Positions 19,972 through 30,056 of a DNA stretch of 64,000 bases are shown piece after piece. The notes beneath the pieces were generated by a model. That model did no database searches and was not told the DNA's origin. It saw nothing but the letters and a program-made list of their open reading frames with translations. Location of the stretch: positions 4,252,314 through 4,316,313 of the forward strand of contig OZ252149.1 of NCBI GenBank assembly GCA_965248755.1. Reading direction: 5' to 3'. Each line of letters opens with the position of its first letter. Position 1 is the first letter of the stretch. This DNA is from Candidatus Latescibacterota bacterium. GTDB taxonomy: Bacteria > Latescibacterota > CBDEFO01. The position numbers and the translations under genes were made by a program.

Positions 19972-21279
19972 ATGTTTGACCAGCTCACAGACAGCTTGGA
20001 GCAAGTGTTCAAGAAGCTAAGAGGACGCGGCAAGCTTTCGGAAAAGAATATAGAGGAAGCGCTGCGCGAGGTAAGACGCGCCCTTTTGGAGTCAGATGTC
20101 AATTACAAGGTAGCCAAAGACTTCATCGAGAAGGTGAAGCAAAAGGCCACAGGTCGGGAGGTCTTAAAGAGCCTTACTCCAGGTCAACAGGTCATAAAGG
20201 TAGTCCATCAGGAACTTGTACACCTTATGGGCGGGGATGAGAGAGCTGATATAAAGTTCGCTGGTTCTCCTCCCACTGCGATAATGCTCGTCGGGCTTCA
20301 GGGATCAGGCAAGACCACAGCCGCTGCCAAATTGGCAAGACACTTCAAATCTAAGGGCAGCTATCCCTTGCTGGTAGCTGCTGATGTGTATCGCCCCGCA
20401 GCTATAGATCAGTTAGAAACACTAGGCAAGTCCATAGACGTTCCCGTCTATAGAGCCTCGGAGGGGACTGACCCTGTGGACATCTGCCAGGACTCCCTGC
20501 GAAAGGCGAAGGCTACAAACCGAGACCTTATCATTCTGGACACCGCCGGTAGACTCCACATAGACGACGAGATGATGCGCCAACTTGAGAGGATAAAAGC
20601 GGAGACTGTTCCGGATGAGATCCTCTTTGTAGCTGATAGCATGACAGGTCAAGACGCAGTGGGCGCCGCCACCGAATTTAGAGAGCGTCTCAACTTTGAC
20701 GGTGTCTTTTTGACCAAGCTCGACGGAGACGCAAGGGGTGGAGCCGCTCTTTCTATAAGGGCTGTCACAGGTGCACCCATCAAATTCGTCGGAGTCGGAG
20801 AAAAAACAGATGCCATAGAACCTTTTTATCCCGACAGAATGGCGTCCAGAATTCTCGGTATGGGGGATATTCTGTCTCTTGTTGAGAAAGCGGAAAGATC
20901 TATAGATAGAGATAAGGCGCAGGAGCTTGAAGAAAAGCTCAAAAAGGATGCCTTCTCACTCGAGGACTTTATGGATCAACTCAAACAGATAAAGAATATG
21001 GGCCCTTTAGAGGAACTTCTGGGCTTAATCCCCGGAGCGGGTAAGGCTATGAAAGGGCTAAAGGTGGATGAAAAGGCCTTCATAACTATAGAAGCAGTAA
21101 TAAACTCGATGACCCCACAAGAGCGCAGAAAGCCCAATATAATAGACGGTAGAAGAAAAAAACGCATAGCAAAGGGGAGCGGGACCACAGTCCAGGATGT
21201 CAACAGGCTCCTCAAACAGTTCGGGATGGTGCAAAAGATGGCTAAGAATATGAATAAGGCCAATCTGTCGTGGATTTAA
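19972..21279 (+). CDS. ffh: signal recognition particle protein Ffh
   Basis: 435 aa; SRP54 N, G and M domain order with GTPase motifs; classic gene order with rpsP-rimM-trmD-rplS downstream. Confidence 0.95.
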   Translation: MFDQLTDSLEQVFKKLRGRGKLSEKNIEEALREVRRALLESDVNYKVAKDFIEKVKQKATGREVLKSLTPGQQVIKVVHQELVHLMGGDERADIKFAGSPPTAIMLVGLQGSGKTTAAAKLARHFKSKGSYPLLVAADVYRPAAIDQLETLGKSIDVPVYRASEGTDPVDICQDSLRKAKATNRDLIILDTAGRLHIDDEMMRQLERIKAETVPDEILFVADSMTGQDAVGAATEFRERLNFDGVFLTKLDGDARGGAALSIRAVTGAPIKFVGVGEKTDAIEPFYPDRMASRILGMGDILSLVEKAERSIDRDKAQELEEKLKKDAFSLEDFMDQLKQIKNMGPLEELLGLIPGAGKAMKGLKVDEKAFITIEAVINSMTPQERRKPNIIDGRRKKRIAKGSGTTVQDVNRLLKQFGMVQKMAKNMNKANLSWI

Positions 21280-21329
21280 GAAAACTATTTGGATATTGAC
21301 AAGAGAATCGATCTAAAAGGGAGGACAAT

Positions 21330-21722
21330 TTGTCAGTAAAACTAAGATTGATGAGGCTCGGAGGCAAAAAGAGGCCGTTTTACAGAGTCGTCGCAATGGA
21401 CATCAGAAGTCCCAGAGATGGCAGACCAATAGATACGCTGGGATACTACAATCCAATTCCGGAAGAGTCTGAAACAAAGATAGACGAGGATAAGGTCTTC
21501 CTCTGGCTTGAGCGCGGAGCTACGCTCAGCCAGACGGTCAAGAGCCTACTTAAAAGCCAGGGGATCCTTCAAAAGTGGAATCTGATGAAGTTCGGTTCTG
21601 GAGAAGTCGAAACACCGCCGGAGGAGCCTTTCGAGGGAGTAACGCTCAAGGGGAAGGACTCCACAGAAGAATCGTCGCAATCCGAAGAGACTACCGAAGA
21701 CGAATCTGACTCTTCCGAATAG
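21330..21722 (+). CDS. rpsP: 30S ribosomal protein S16 with acidic C-terminal extension
   Basis: TTG start after AAGGGAGGA; MSVKLRLMRLGGKKRPFYRVVAMDIRSPRDGRPID matches the S16 N-terminus. Confidence 0.9.
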   Translation: MSVKLRLMRLGGKKRPFYRVVAMDIRSPRDGRPIDTLGYYNPIPEESETKIDEDKVFLWLERGATLSQTVKSLLKSQGILQKWNLMKFGSGEVETPPEEPFEGVTLKGKDSTEESSQSEETTEDESDSSE

Positions 21723-21740
21723 TAGCTTCAACAGCAATAT

Positions 21741-22277
21741 ATGGCAGATACAGACAACGAAGTTTCTAGATTCGCGTTCGTCACGATAGGGGAAATAACA
21801 AAGACACGGGGCGTAAAAGGCGAAGTTAAAGTGGTTCCAGTTACGGATTGCCCCGAGAGGCTCTGCGATCTAGAATCTGTCTATGTCGAAGCGAAAGACG
21901 GGACGGTGCAGATCGCCCAGATAGAACGCGTGCGTCTTCATTCGGGCTTTGCGTCGTTCAAGTTCAGGGGCATAGAATCTCCTGAAGCCGCGGAAAAACT
22001 GCGCGGAGCTTTCATAATGGTTAAAAGAGAAGACGTATTCCCGCTTAAAGATGGGAAATTCTACGTATTTCAGCTTTTGGGCCTAGATGTTCAGACTGAG
22101 GACGGTACATTTGTTGGTACAGTGCATGAAGTCATACATTCTCCCGCTAACGATGTTTATGTCGTAAGAAACGGACAAAGGGAATACTTAATTCCCGCTG
22201 TTCGCCAGATTGTAAAAGACATAGACCCCGAAAGGGGGAAGATAACTATAGATGCCATAGATGGACTTTTGGGTTAG
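21741..22277 (+). CDS. rimM: 16S rRNA processing protein RimM
   Basis: 178 aa; position between rpsP and trmD; VKGEVKVVPVTDCPERL. Confidence 0.85.
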   Translation: MADTDNEVSRFAFVTIGEITKTRGVKGEVKVVPVTDCPERLCDLESVYVEAKDGTVQIAQIERVRLHSGFASFKFRGIESPEAAEKLRGAFIMVKREDVFPLKDGKFYVFQLLGLDVQTEDGTFVGTVHEVIHSPANDVYVVRNGQREYLIPAVRQIVKDIDPERGKITIDAIDGLLG

Positions 22278-22280
22278 AAG

Positions 22281-23030
22281 ATGCGTATAGATATACTCAC
22301 TATATTCCCAGGAATGTTCAACGGCCCCTTCGGTTGTGGCATAGTCAATAGGGCCCGGGAAAAAGGCCTAGTGGAGATAAATATAAACAATCTGAGGGAC
22401 TTCTCCCAGGACAAGCACAAACGGGTGGACGATTACCCTTATGGCGGTGGAGCCGGAATGGTCTTCAGACCCGAACCCATAGTTGGGGCTTTGAATTCCC
22501 TGAACTCCGATCAGGAAGGTTCAAGATCAAGGGTCATCTTCCTATCCGCCCAGGGGCGCACACTCAATCAGGCGCTTTTAAATGAGCTGTCCCTGGAAAA
22601 TCACCTTGTTCTTTTGTGTGGACACTACAAGGGTGTGGACGAAAGGGTCATAGAAAAGTACGTCACAGATGAGATTTCAATAGGAGACTACGTCCTTTCA
22701 GGGGGGGAGCCGGCGGCCGTAGTCATAACTGATGCTGTAGTCAGACTTATCCCGCAAGTGATAAGCGACTTTGAGTCTGCAATGGAAGACTCATTTCAAG
22801 ATGGCCTGCTGGACTGTCCCTGGTACACCAGACCGGTCGAATTTGAGGGCATGAAAGTTCCCCAGGTGGTCCTTTCCGGCGACCACAAAAAGATAAAAGA
22901 GTGGAGGAGACGGGAGTCCATCAGAAGGACGCTCCAAAGGAGACCCGATCTCCTTAAAGGGGCGCGCCTTTCGGATGAAGACAGAGAAATTCTGCAATCT
23001 CTAACTGAACAAGAGAACTTGAAAGTATAA
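22281..23030 (+). CDS. trmD: tRNA (guanine37-N1)-methyltransferase
   Basis: MRIDILTIFPGMF...YPYGGGAGMV motifs; 249 aa. Confidence 0.9.
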   Translation: MRIDILTIFPGMFNGPFGCGIVNRAREKGLVEININNLRDFSQDKHKRVDDYPYGGGAGMVFRPEPIVGALNSLNSDQEGSRSRVIFLSAQGRTLNQALLNELSLENHLVLLCGHYKGVDERVIEKYVTDEISIGDYVLSGGEPAAVVITDAVVRLIPQVISDFESAMEDSFQDGLLDCPWYTRPVEFEGMKVPQVVLSGDHKKIKEWRRRESIRRTLQRRPDLLKGARLSDEDREILQSLTEQENLKV

Positions 23031-23048
23031 GGCTATTAAGGAGGGAAA

Positions 23049-23390
23049 ATGGACGTTTTGCAAACCGTAGTGTCTCAACACCTGAAAGACAATGTTCCTG
23101 ACTTTGGCCCCGGCGATACGGTCAGGGTACATGTCAGAGTCATAGAAGGTGAAAAGGAGAGGACACAGATCTTTGAAGGGACAGTACTGCAAAGGAGAGG
23201 TGGGGGTATATCAGAGACATTCACAGTCCGAAAGGTATCCGCAGGTTACGGCACCGAAAGGATCTTCCCGCTCCACTCTCCTGGAGTAGCCAAGATCGAA
23301 CGCATCCGAAGAGGGAAAAGCAGACGAGCGAAACTCTTTTACCTCAGAAAGCTCAAAGGCAAAGCCGCCAGAGTTGCAGCAAGAAGGTAG
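23049..23390 (+). CDS. rplS: 50S ribosomal protein L19
   Basis: 113 aa; typical L19 sequence; last gene of the operon. Confidence 0.9.
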   Translation: MDVLQTVVSQHLKDNVPDFGPGDTVRVHVRVIEGEKERTQIFEGTVLQRRGGGISETFTVRKVSAGYGTERIFPLHSPGVAKIERIRRGKSRRAKLFYLRKLKGKAARVAARR

Positions 23391-23433
23391 GTGGCGCACC
23401 TCTGCTAAGCGATGTTTCTTGCTCTTTTCCATT

Positions 23434-23470
23434 GCCCCATCACAGCTGTCCGATGGGGCGTTTTATTTAT
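23434..23470 (+). terminator. Rho-independent terminator of the ffh-rplS operon
   Basis: Stem GCCCCATC / GATGGGGC with 10-nt loop followed by GTTTTATTTAT. Confidence 0.6.
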
Positions 23471-23499
23471 CCGTCAAAGTGGTGCGACCGCTCCGTGAT

Positions 23500-25143
23500 A
23501 TGAAGAAGATCACACCTTTCCATATATTAGCGATCGTTCTTACAGTATTCTTCTGCGCCGTAAGATACATTAGATGGCAGGAGCCTATGGGACTTGACCA
23601 GGGTCTCTTTGCCTACTTCGGAAGACACATCCTCACCGGCAGTGTCCCCTACTTAGACATCTGGGACAGCAAACCTCCCGCTATATTCTATATATACTCC
23701 ATCAGCTTTGCTCTACTGGGGGACTCCTTTTTCAGCGTCTTTCTTAGCGAAACCCTATTCTTGGCTCTCACGGCCCTCTTGATCTATCTTCTGTGCGCAG
23801 AAGTTTTCGATAAGACAGTCGCCCTATTTGCCGCGGCCATCTACGTTCTCTTTTCCAACGCTTCTATATTCGACGGATTCTGGTCCACAGCACAGGCTGA
23901 GGTCTTCATGAACTTGCCCATAGTCGCAAGCTTCTACATCCTCACCAAGAACTTAAGGAGATGGCACTTTTTCGCCTCTGGGGTTCTTCTCGGACTGTCA
24001 GCGATGTTCAAACTTACCGCCCTATTCCTGCTACCCTCTTTTATCCTGTATCTCTACCTATCCTGCAAAGAGAGATCCCCGATTGAAGCTACCGGGGATG
24101 GGATTCACAGGTACACATATTTCGGCATCGGACTTATCATCCCCCTGTCAATCTGCGCCTTCTACTTCTGGATGCAGGGAGCCCTGGACGATATGATTTA
24201 CACACTTGTCTCTTACAGCTACCGGTACTCGCAAGCCATAAACCAGGGACATCCTTTTCTCAAGACTTCCCTTGGACAGGTCATAAGGTTTGTCTATTTC
24301 AACCCCACAGTATCCATTTTATCCCTCGTCGGACTTATATATCTCCTTGTAAAAAGACGTTCTAAAGAAACGTATCTTTTAATATCCTATCTTGTGCTAT
24401 CCTTTATTTCGGTCTGTGCGCAAAGACAGTTTGCAGGGTACCACTTCATCGTGCTCTCTCCTCCGCTTGCCGTTATCTGCGGCAGTGCATGCCCCGTTAT
24501 ATTCAACTGGATAGTCCAAGTCGTGCGACCACTCCGTAGTGCAAGGACGATCCTCCGCAAAAGATCCTCAAAGCCTCTGCTCAGGTCATCGGCAGCTATT
24601 ATGACAGTTGTATTATTAGCCTCCCTTCTTTACGCGGACATTTCCCGTTATTATCGGTACTACAAACCCGACATCGCCTATGCTCTTGGAAAGATCCCCG
24701 AAAGACAATATCTAAAGACCTTTGACAGGGGGGCAATATCCTTTCTGAATAACAACTCTGTAGCTGACTATATAAAAAATAGGACCGATAGTGACGACTA
24801 TGTCTTGGTATGGGGATTAGCTCCTGCTATATATTATCTGTCAGACAGAAAATCTCCCACAAAATACGTCTTCCACCACGTTCTGTTGACCGACGCTCCG
24901 CTGTCCCTCACTCTTGGCGGACTTGAAGAAAGGAGGAGGGAATTCATAGATAAAGTAAGTGAAAGCAAGCCCCGTTACATCGTCATAGGCATCAACGACA
25001 GGAACGGCTTTGAGCCGCAGGACTCCTACACTCAGCTTCTCAATTTCAAAGAGCTCAAGGACTATGTCTTTACAAACTACGATAGAGAGAAAAGAATCGG
25101 GAATTTCATCCTTATGAGGAGAAAAGACCAGAAAGTACTTTAA
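23500..25143 (+). CDS. polytopic membrane glycosyltransferase-like protein (GT39/GT83, ArnT/PMT-like)
   Basis: Start moved to the ATG after the terminator; multiple TM helices; family assignment tentative; contains an in-frame palindromic element at 24076-24098. Confidence 0.5.
   Translation: MKKITPFHILAIVLTVFFCAVRYIRWQEPMGLDQGLFAYFGRHILTGSVPYLDIWDSKPPAIFYIYSISFALLGDSFFSVFLSETLFLALTALLIYLLCAEVFDKTVALFAAAIYVLFSNASIFDGFWSTAQAEVFMNLPIVASFYILTKNLRRWHFFASGVLLGLSAMFKLTALFLLPSFILYLYLSCKERSPIEATGDGIHRYTYFGIGLIIPLSICAFYFWMQGALDDMIYTLVSYSYRYSQAINQGHPFLKTSLGQVIRFVYFNPTVSILSLVGLIYLLVKRRSKETYLLISYLVLSFISVCAQRQFAGYHFIVLSPPLAVICGSACPVIFNWIVQVVRPLRSARTILRKRSSKPLLRSSAAIMTVVLLASLLYADISRYYRYYKPDIAYALGKIPERQYLKTFDRGAISFLNNNSVADYIKNRTDSDDYVLVWGLAPAIYYLSDRKSPTKYVFHHVLLTDAPLSLTLGGLEERRREFIDKVSESKPRYIVIGINDRNGFEPQDSYTQLLNFKELKDYVFTNYDREKRIGNFILMRRKDQKVL
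24076..24098. repeat. palindromic element copy (TCCCCGATTGAAGCTACCGGGGA) inside a coding sequence
   Basis: 19 of 21 identity to the family consensus; 6-bp stem; read-through in frame as RSPIEATGDG. Confidence 0.6.
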
Positions 25144-25287
25144 GTAACACCTAATTTTTCATATCAAAGAGGATTCTGGGTATTTAATCCTTGCGCCATA
25201 AGATGAAAATCGCTATTTTCTGGTGTCGGTCTGCTGATATTAGGAATAATCGTTCAATGTCCACATCAAAAAAGGCGGCATTCGAAG

Positions 25288-25971
25288 ATGAAAAGAGAAC
25301 TCATAATCTTGTTGGCAGGATGTGTGCTCATTCTTTACGGCTGCGGCGAAGATGGAGGTCCCACCTCCGGGACAAAGAGCGGACAGGTTCTATACCAGGA
25401 GGACTTCGATTCATACATCGAAGCAACTCTGCCCGATTCCTGGGTGTGGACCGGTGACCCAACAGGTGGAGGCGCTTTCACTGTTGAGGATAAAGTGTTC
25501 AAACATACCGTGGAAGGGGACGTGTACTACTTCTATCAACGGCAGACGTTCGGCAGCGGGACATATGAGTTCGACGTGGATAGCGATGACACCTCGTGGA
25601 TCTTTGCCTGGAGGATTACGTCTTCAGATCCTTCGGAAGGGCAGGCGCTGCATCTCCAGTATAATATTCCGGTCGGCAGCAACAACCTGATCTTCTCCCA
25701 GTCGGATTGGTCCACACTGGAGCAACATCCGCACGGTCAATTTATGTGGCACAACGCATCCTTCACGACCCTCGCGGAAGCTAAATTACCCTTGTCCTCC
25801 GACGAACATCACATGAAAATCGAGGACAACGGAACAGGCGCTACCTTTCTCATTGACGATCAGATCGTATTGGGGGCCACACACGAGCTGGATTCTGAGG
25901 GATTTATCGGACTCGGGAGCCAAGATGCCTTAGGCATCGAATACGACAATATTTCGGTAAAGGCCCTCTGA
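25288..25971 (+). CDS. lipoprotein (hypothetical)
   Basis: Signal peptide with lipobox LILYGC; 227 aa. Confidence 0.5.
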   Translation: MKRELIILLAGCVLILYGCGEDGGPTSGTKSGQVLYQEDFDSYIEATLPDSWVWTGDPTGGGAFTVEDKVFKHTVEGDVYYFYQRQTFGSGTYEFDVDSDDTSWIFAWRITSSDPSEGQALHLQYNIPVGSNNLIFSQSDWSTLEQHPHGQFMWHNASFTTLAEAKLPLSSDEHHMKIEDNGTGATFLIDDQIVLGATHELDSEGFIGLGSQDALGIEYDNISVKAL

Positions 25972-26064
25972 TTCTAAAGTGAATTCAGGCTGATCCTGCG
26001 TCTTGTTTCTCCCTATCGCCAGCAACCCACCGATAGGGAGTCTTTACATATCCAAGACATAAAG

Positions 26065-27564
26065 ATGAACTACACAAAGAACATCGGTCTTGAGATACAT
26101 TGTCAACTCGACACGGAAAGCAAGCTGTTCTGCGAGTGTAGTGCCAGATATTTCCAGAAATACCAAAGGACAGGGACTTCCAAGATAAAACCAAATATGG
26201 AGATATGTCCTATCTGTCTCGGGTTTCCGGGGATACTCCCTGTTCCTAACTTTGAGGCGATAAGGCTCTGCGTTAAATTGTCTTTAGCCCTCAACTGCGT
26301 AATCTCAGAAGAAGTGATCTTCCACCGCAAGAGCTATACGTATCCAGATCTTCCAAAAAACTATCAGATCTCGCAGTTCAAAAACGCAATAGGCAGTAAC
26401 GGATACATGGACCTGGACCTGAATGGAGAGAATAAGAAAGTAACAATAACCGAAGTCCATCTGGAAGAGGATCCCGGAAAGCTCGAACATGAAAAAAGCG
26501 ACACGGGGATAGACTTCAACAGATGCGGCATACCGCTTGCGGAAATCGTCACTGACTACAGAGATATAACCACGTTCAGGGAGGCCCAGGCGTTTGTTCT
26601 AAAGCTCAGAGATATAGTCAGAGACACAGAAGTATCCAACGGAGATATGGAGAAAGGATCCTTACGGGTGGACATAAATATCTCCGTCCTCCCCCAAGAC
26701 GAAGGAAATTACGGCACCAAGACCGAGATCAAAAACCTGAACTCTATAAGAGCCGCAGGAGACGCTATTGACGCCGAATCTGAAAGACAGAGAAATCTCC
26801 TTGAATCAGGGGATAGAGTCAGACCGGTCACTTTAAGATGGGATGGTCACGGATTAAGCCTCCTCAGAGTTAAAGAAGAGGTCTCAGACTACAGATATTT
26901 TCCTGATCCTGACTTAGCCCCTATCAAATTAGACCTGGAACTTATAGAAGAGATAAAAAGCCAACTGCCGGAGGAAAGGGACGAGCTTTTCAGGCGACTT
27001 GTGGAAGAATATGCCTTGACGGAAGATCAGGCGGAAATCCTGATCTTCGAGAGGAGGCTTGCACGCTTCTTTGAACTTGGGGTCGCTGGGACAAAAGATG
27101 CGGAGCTTACTTATAACTTCCTTACATCCACGCTTCTTCCGAACCTTCAGAAGCGCAATTTGGAGCTTAAAGACGTTTCTTCTGAAAAGATAGCTCAATT
27201 CTTAAGGTACGTCAAAGATCACAACACTGATAAGACCCTTGTCCACCAGGCACTCAATCAGTCTATAGACCAAAAGACAGATCTTGTCGAGACTATAAAA
27301 GTAAAAGGCCTATCCTCCAAAAGAATAGGAACAGATGAGACCGAACGCATAGTGGATAAGACCATACAGAGTCTCAAGAAGGATGCCTCCGACGACAAGG
27401 GAAACGTAGTTGACAATGCCGTTGCGGAGTTTAAGGATATAGGGGAGTCCAAAGCCGTAAACGTTATAATAGGCGCCATAATGAGAGAATACGGCAGGAA
27501 GGTCGATCCCAAAGACGTAGGGAAATTGGTCAACCGGAAGATACAAGAGATGGTCGAAGCATAA
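26065..27564 (+). CDS. gatB: aspartyl/glutamyl-tRNA(Asn/Gln) amidotransferase subunit B
   Basis: 499 aa; N-terminal GLEIHCQLDT..., CPICLGFPGILPV and FHRKSYTYPDLPKNYQISQ motifs. Confidence 0.85.
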   Translation: MNYTKNIGLEIHCQLDTESKLFCECSARYFQKYQRTGTSKIKPNMEICPICLGFPGILPVPNFEAIRLCVKLSLALNCVISEEVIFHRKSYTYPDLPKNYQISQFKNAIGSNGYMDLDLNGENKKVTITEVHLEEDPGKLEHEKSDTGIDFNRCGIPLAEIVTDYRDITTFREAQAFVLKLRDIVRDTEVSNGDMEKGSLRVDINISVLPQDEGNYGTKTEIKNLNSIRAAGDAIDAESERQRNLLESGDRVRPVTLRWDGHGLSLLRVKEEVSDYRYFPDPDLAPIKLDLELIEEIKSQLPEERDELFRRLVEEYALTEDQAEILIFERRLARFFELGVAGTKDAELTYNFLTSTLLPNLQKRNLELKDVSSEKIAQFLRYVKDHNTDKTLVHQALNQSIDQKTDLVETIKVKGLSSKRIGTDETERIVDKTIQSLKKDASDDKGNVVDNAVAEFKDIGESKAVNVIIGAIMREYGRKVDPKDVGKLVNRKIQEMVEA

Positions 27565-27570
27565 GGATTA

Positions 27571-28530
27571 TTATGTTCGCTGGTCAGCCGTGTAGACATC
27601 TACTGTCTCCACAGGGCGGAATTTTCTCTTAAACTGTCTTAAGCCAGCACTTCCCAAATCGCTCGCATCGTTTACAAGCTCGAACTTTCTCATTTCACTA
27701 AAGAAACAATATCTCGTATATTCTGATAGTCCTTTTATGTCCAGATCACCTTTGGAGACGAAGAAATTAGCCATCTCCTCCCACATCCTTCCCCCCATCC
27801 AGAATCCCCTTATCTTCCCATCTATCTCGGCAACCCACCCGGAAAGATCTGGAACTTTTGCATAATACTCTAAAGCGGATCTCGTATAAGCCCAGTCCAA
27901 GAGCCTCAGTGAACGTCCCTCTCTCCCATGTCTTTTAGCCTTTCTCCATGCACGCATAATTTCCATGCACCCGTCCACATCTTCTTTCCCCATCTTTCTA
28001 CATAGGACTTTATAATCCTTTTCAGTCCGACGTATTCTCTTCCTCAGGTCACTGTAAGCGCTCCCTTCCATCTGCACAATCTTCTTTGGGTCATATATAT
28101 ACTCCGCCTCCTTCCACCTGAGATAGCAGACGCCCATCTTATCCATCGCCACTTTGTCACACCTGTCCACCCACAAGATTCTCCCCTCTTTATCTTCGTT
28201 AAAAGAGTTCATCAACTCTGTGCACTGCACAAGAGCACTATCTGAAAAGGGCAGGGGAGGGAAAAACATATTCATCCTGACGCCCTCAGGTCTGTGATTT
28301 ACCACAAAGACACAGAGACACCCACTTATCTTCATCCAGAATATGTCTCTTGAGGGGGAGGCCCCGTAGCAGAAGATAAACGGAAAGTAGTAACACCAGG
28401 TCTTCTTTCGATTCTCGCTAAATGTCTCTCTGAACAGATCCGCATCCTCAAGCGTCAGGCGCTTTAAGTGTGTCTCAAAGAGGGCTATTTTACTATCTGC
28501 AGTAAGAAGGGCACTATCCGCGCTCTGCAT
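27571..28530 (-). CDS. DUF2156-like (MprF C-terminal domain-like) acyltransferase-fold protein
   Basis: 319 aa; C-terminal GLRQFKRKFRP motif and overall layout recall the aminoacyl-phosphatidylglycerol synthase C-terminal domain; overlaps speH by 17 nt. Confidence 0.45.
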   Translation of the reverse strand: MQSADSALLTADSKIALFETHLKRLTLEDADLFRETFSENRKKTWCYYFPFIFCYGASPSRDIFWMKISGCLCVFVVNHRPEGVRMNMFFPPLPFSDSALVQCTELMNSFNEDKEGRILWVDRCDKVAMDKMGVCYLRWKEAEYIYDPKKIVQMEGSAYSDLRKRIRRTEKDYKVLCRKMGKEDVDGCMEIMRAWRKAKRHGREGRSLRLLDWAYTRSALEYYAKVPDLSGWVAEIDGKIRGFWMGGRMWEEMANFFVSKGDLDIKGLSEYTRYCFFSEMRKFELVNDASDLGSAGLRQFKRKFRPVETVDVYTADQRT

Positions 28531-28903
28531 CGAACAACCTCGTCCTTGAAGGCTTCAGCACCTTCTTCAGATGATCTACAATTACCGAACTGTCCATCCC
28601 ACCTGGTGGCTTGCTGCCGCCCCTGAAAGAATCATTCGGGGACTGTTCGTCCCTCCCGTCACAGGTCAGAATATCCACAGCCATAAATCCCTCCTCAGCC
28701 CAGGTGTGGACGCTCACGTGCGACTCGGAGATCATGACAAATCCGCTGAATCCGTAAGGCTCGAACTGATGAAAGTGATGGTGCACGATCCTGGCACCTG
28801 AAAGCTTCACAGCCTCTATCAATACGCTCTTGACAGGCTCTACCTGCTTCAAGAGGTCTATGTTATCAAACCACATATCCAAAAGGATGTGGCTCCTTGT
28901 CAT
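28514..28903 (-). CDS. speH: S-adenosylmethionine decarboxylase proenzyme (small bacterial/archaeal type)
   Basis: 129 aa; processing-site motif in FVMISESHVSVHTWAEEG. Confidence 0.8.
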   Translation of the reverse strand: MTRSHILLDMWFDNIDLLKQVEPVKSVLIEAVKLSGARIVHHHFHQFEPYGFSGFVMISESHVSVHTWAEEGFMAVDILTCDGRDEQSPNDSFRGGSKPPGGMDSSVIVDHLKKVLKPSRTRLFDAERG

Positions 28904-29943
28904 CTTTTCCTTTTCTCCCTCTTTTTCACCTGTAATGTGTACAGTTGTCCTTCATAGACGCTCCTTACAGAAGAGCGAGCTGAAGGCGTAGTCAGGGCGT
29001 GGATCAACTGACTCGATCCCGCCAGAATCTGAGACCCTTCATATCTATTGAACCCGGGAATAATCTCTCTTATAAGTAGACCCATAGAAATAGCGCTCTT
29101 GTGTATCCTTATCATCTCGTTCCACCCTTTATGAGCAAATGAAATGAACATCTGCTGTCCTTGATCATCTTTTAGTCCCTCAAGTCCTCGCGATACGAAA
29201 AGCTCAAACCCTTCCAGGGTATAAGGGGGATCTGTCGCAAGGACATTGAAACTGTTTTGGAATCTTTTGGGAAGAGGCGTCCTCAAGTCGTGCTGCACAG
29301 CCTCGATCATCAGATCCTCTTTTTTTGAAGTGTGCGATATATAATCTACTATCCTTCCATCTACTTCCAGGACGCATATACTCCCCTTCATATTCTCACT
29401 TTTGCAATATAGCTCCCTTTTCAAGAGTCCCAGAGCCAAAGACGCCAGATCGTCATCTCCCAGGATCAGAACATCCCTGCCCTCTACAGCATCGTTTTCA
29501 TACATATACAGAGCCCTGTTCAAGGCCGTCTGTGGAGTATCGTGTGACTGATCCAGGGACCTGTCCACAGATGGCCTTTCCCTGCAATAGTGAGTCAGGG
29601 TTTCCAACAGCGGCTCTAATTCAGAAGACGCCAGGATTCCTCTCGCTTGGCAATGTGGGCAGTTAAAACGCTCTCTGCTCCATATCCCCATATCCTCCTT
29701 CAAAATATCATTTCCCACCTCCGAAAGACATAATCCGCTTTTTCTAACTAATATGCCCCTCTTTTCTAATTCTCTCCTCACAGCCGACACCACGGGCAAA
29801 GGGAGGTGGACCGACTGAGAGAGTTCCCAAAGACTTACGTTTCCCCTCCTGTAGACCTCCCTTAGAATGCGCCTTATAGCCTCAGGCCCTTCGTATATTT
29901 GTGTTGCTGCTGAAACCTCCGAAAGGAGATCGTCGCCTGTCAC
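28900..29943 (-). CDS. DUF43-family aminopropyltransferase-like protein (branched-chain polyamine synthase BpsA-like)
   Basis: 347 aa; ILGDDDLASLALG and ATDPPYT motifs; 4-nt overlap with speH. Confidence 0.55.
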   Translation of the reverse strand: MTGDDLLSEVSAATQIYEGPEAIRRILREVYRRGNVSLWELSQSVHLPLPVVSAVRRELEKRGILVRKSGLCLSEVGNDILKEDMGIWSRERFNCPHCQARGILASSELEPLLETLTHYCRERPSVDRSLDQSHDTPQTALNRALYMYENDAVEGRDVLILGDDDLASLALGLLKRELYCKSENMKGSICVLEVDGRIVDYISHTSKKEDLMIEAVQHDLRTPLPKRFQNSFNVLATDPPYTLEGFELFVSRGLEGLKDDQGQQMFISFAHKGWNEMIRIHKSAISMGLLIREIIPGFNRYEGSQILAGSSQLIHALTTPSARSSVRSVYEGQLYTLQVKKREKRKR

Positions 29944-30056
29944 TATTTTCTCACTTTCTTGCTTACGGCTATCCTTAATCTACGACTTTCAAATAAGCCT
30001 ATTTTATCAAAGTCAGCTTCCTCGTCTGCACAAATTCATCCGCCTCTAACTGTAAA

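Noticed and set aside
23374-23499. N-terminal extension of the membrane-protein ORF overlapping the end of rplS
   Set aside because: Contains the rplS terminator hairpin; the real start is most likely the ATG at 23500.
25990-26030. Hairpin CTCCCTATCG-N12-CGATAGGGAG upstream of gatB as another palindromic-family copy
   Set aside because: Stem sequence differs and the TGAATCT loop is absent; more simply an independent terminator-like hairpin after the lipoprotein gene.
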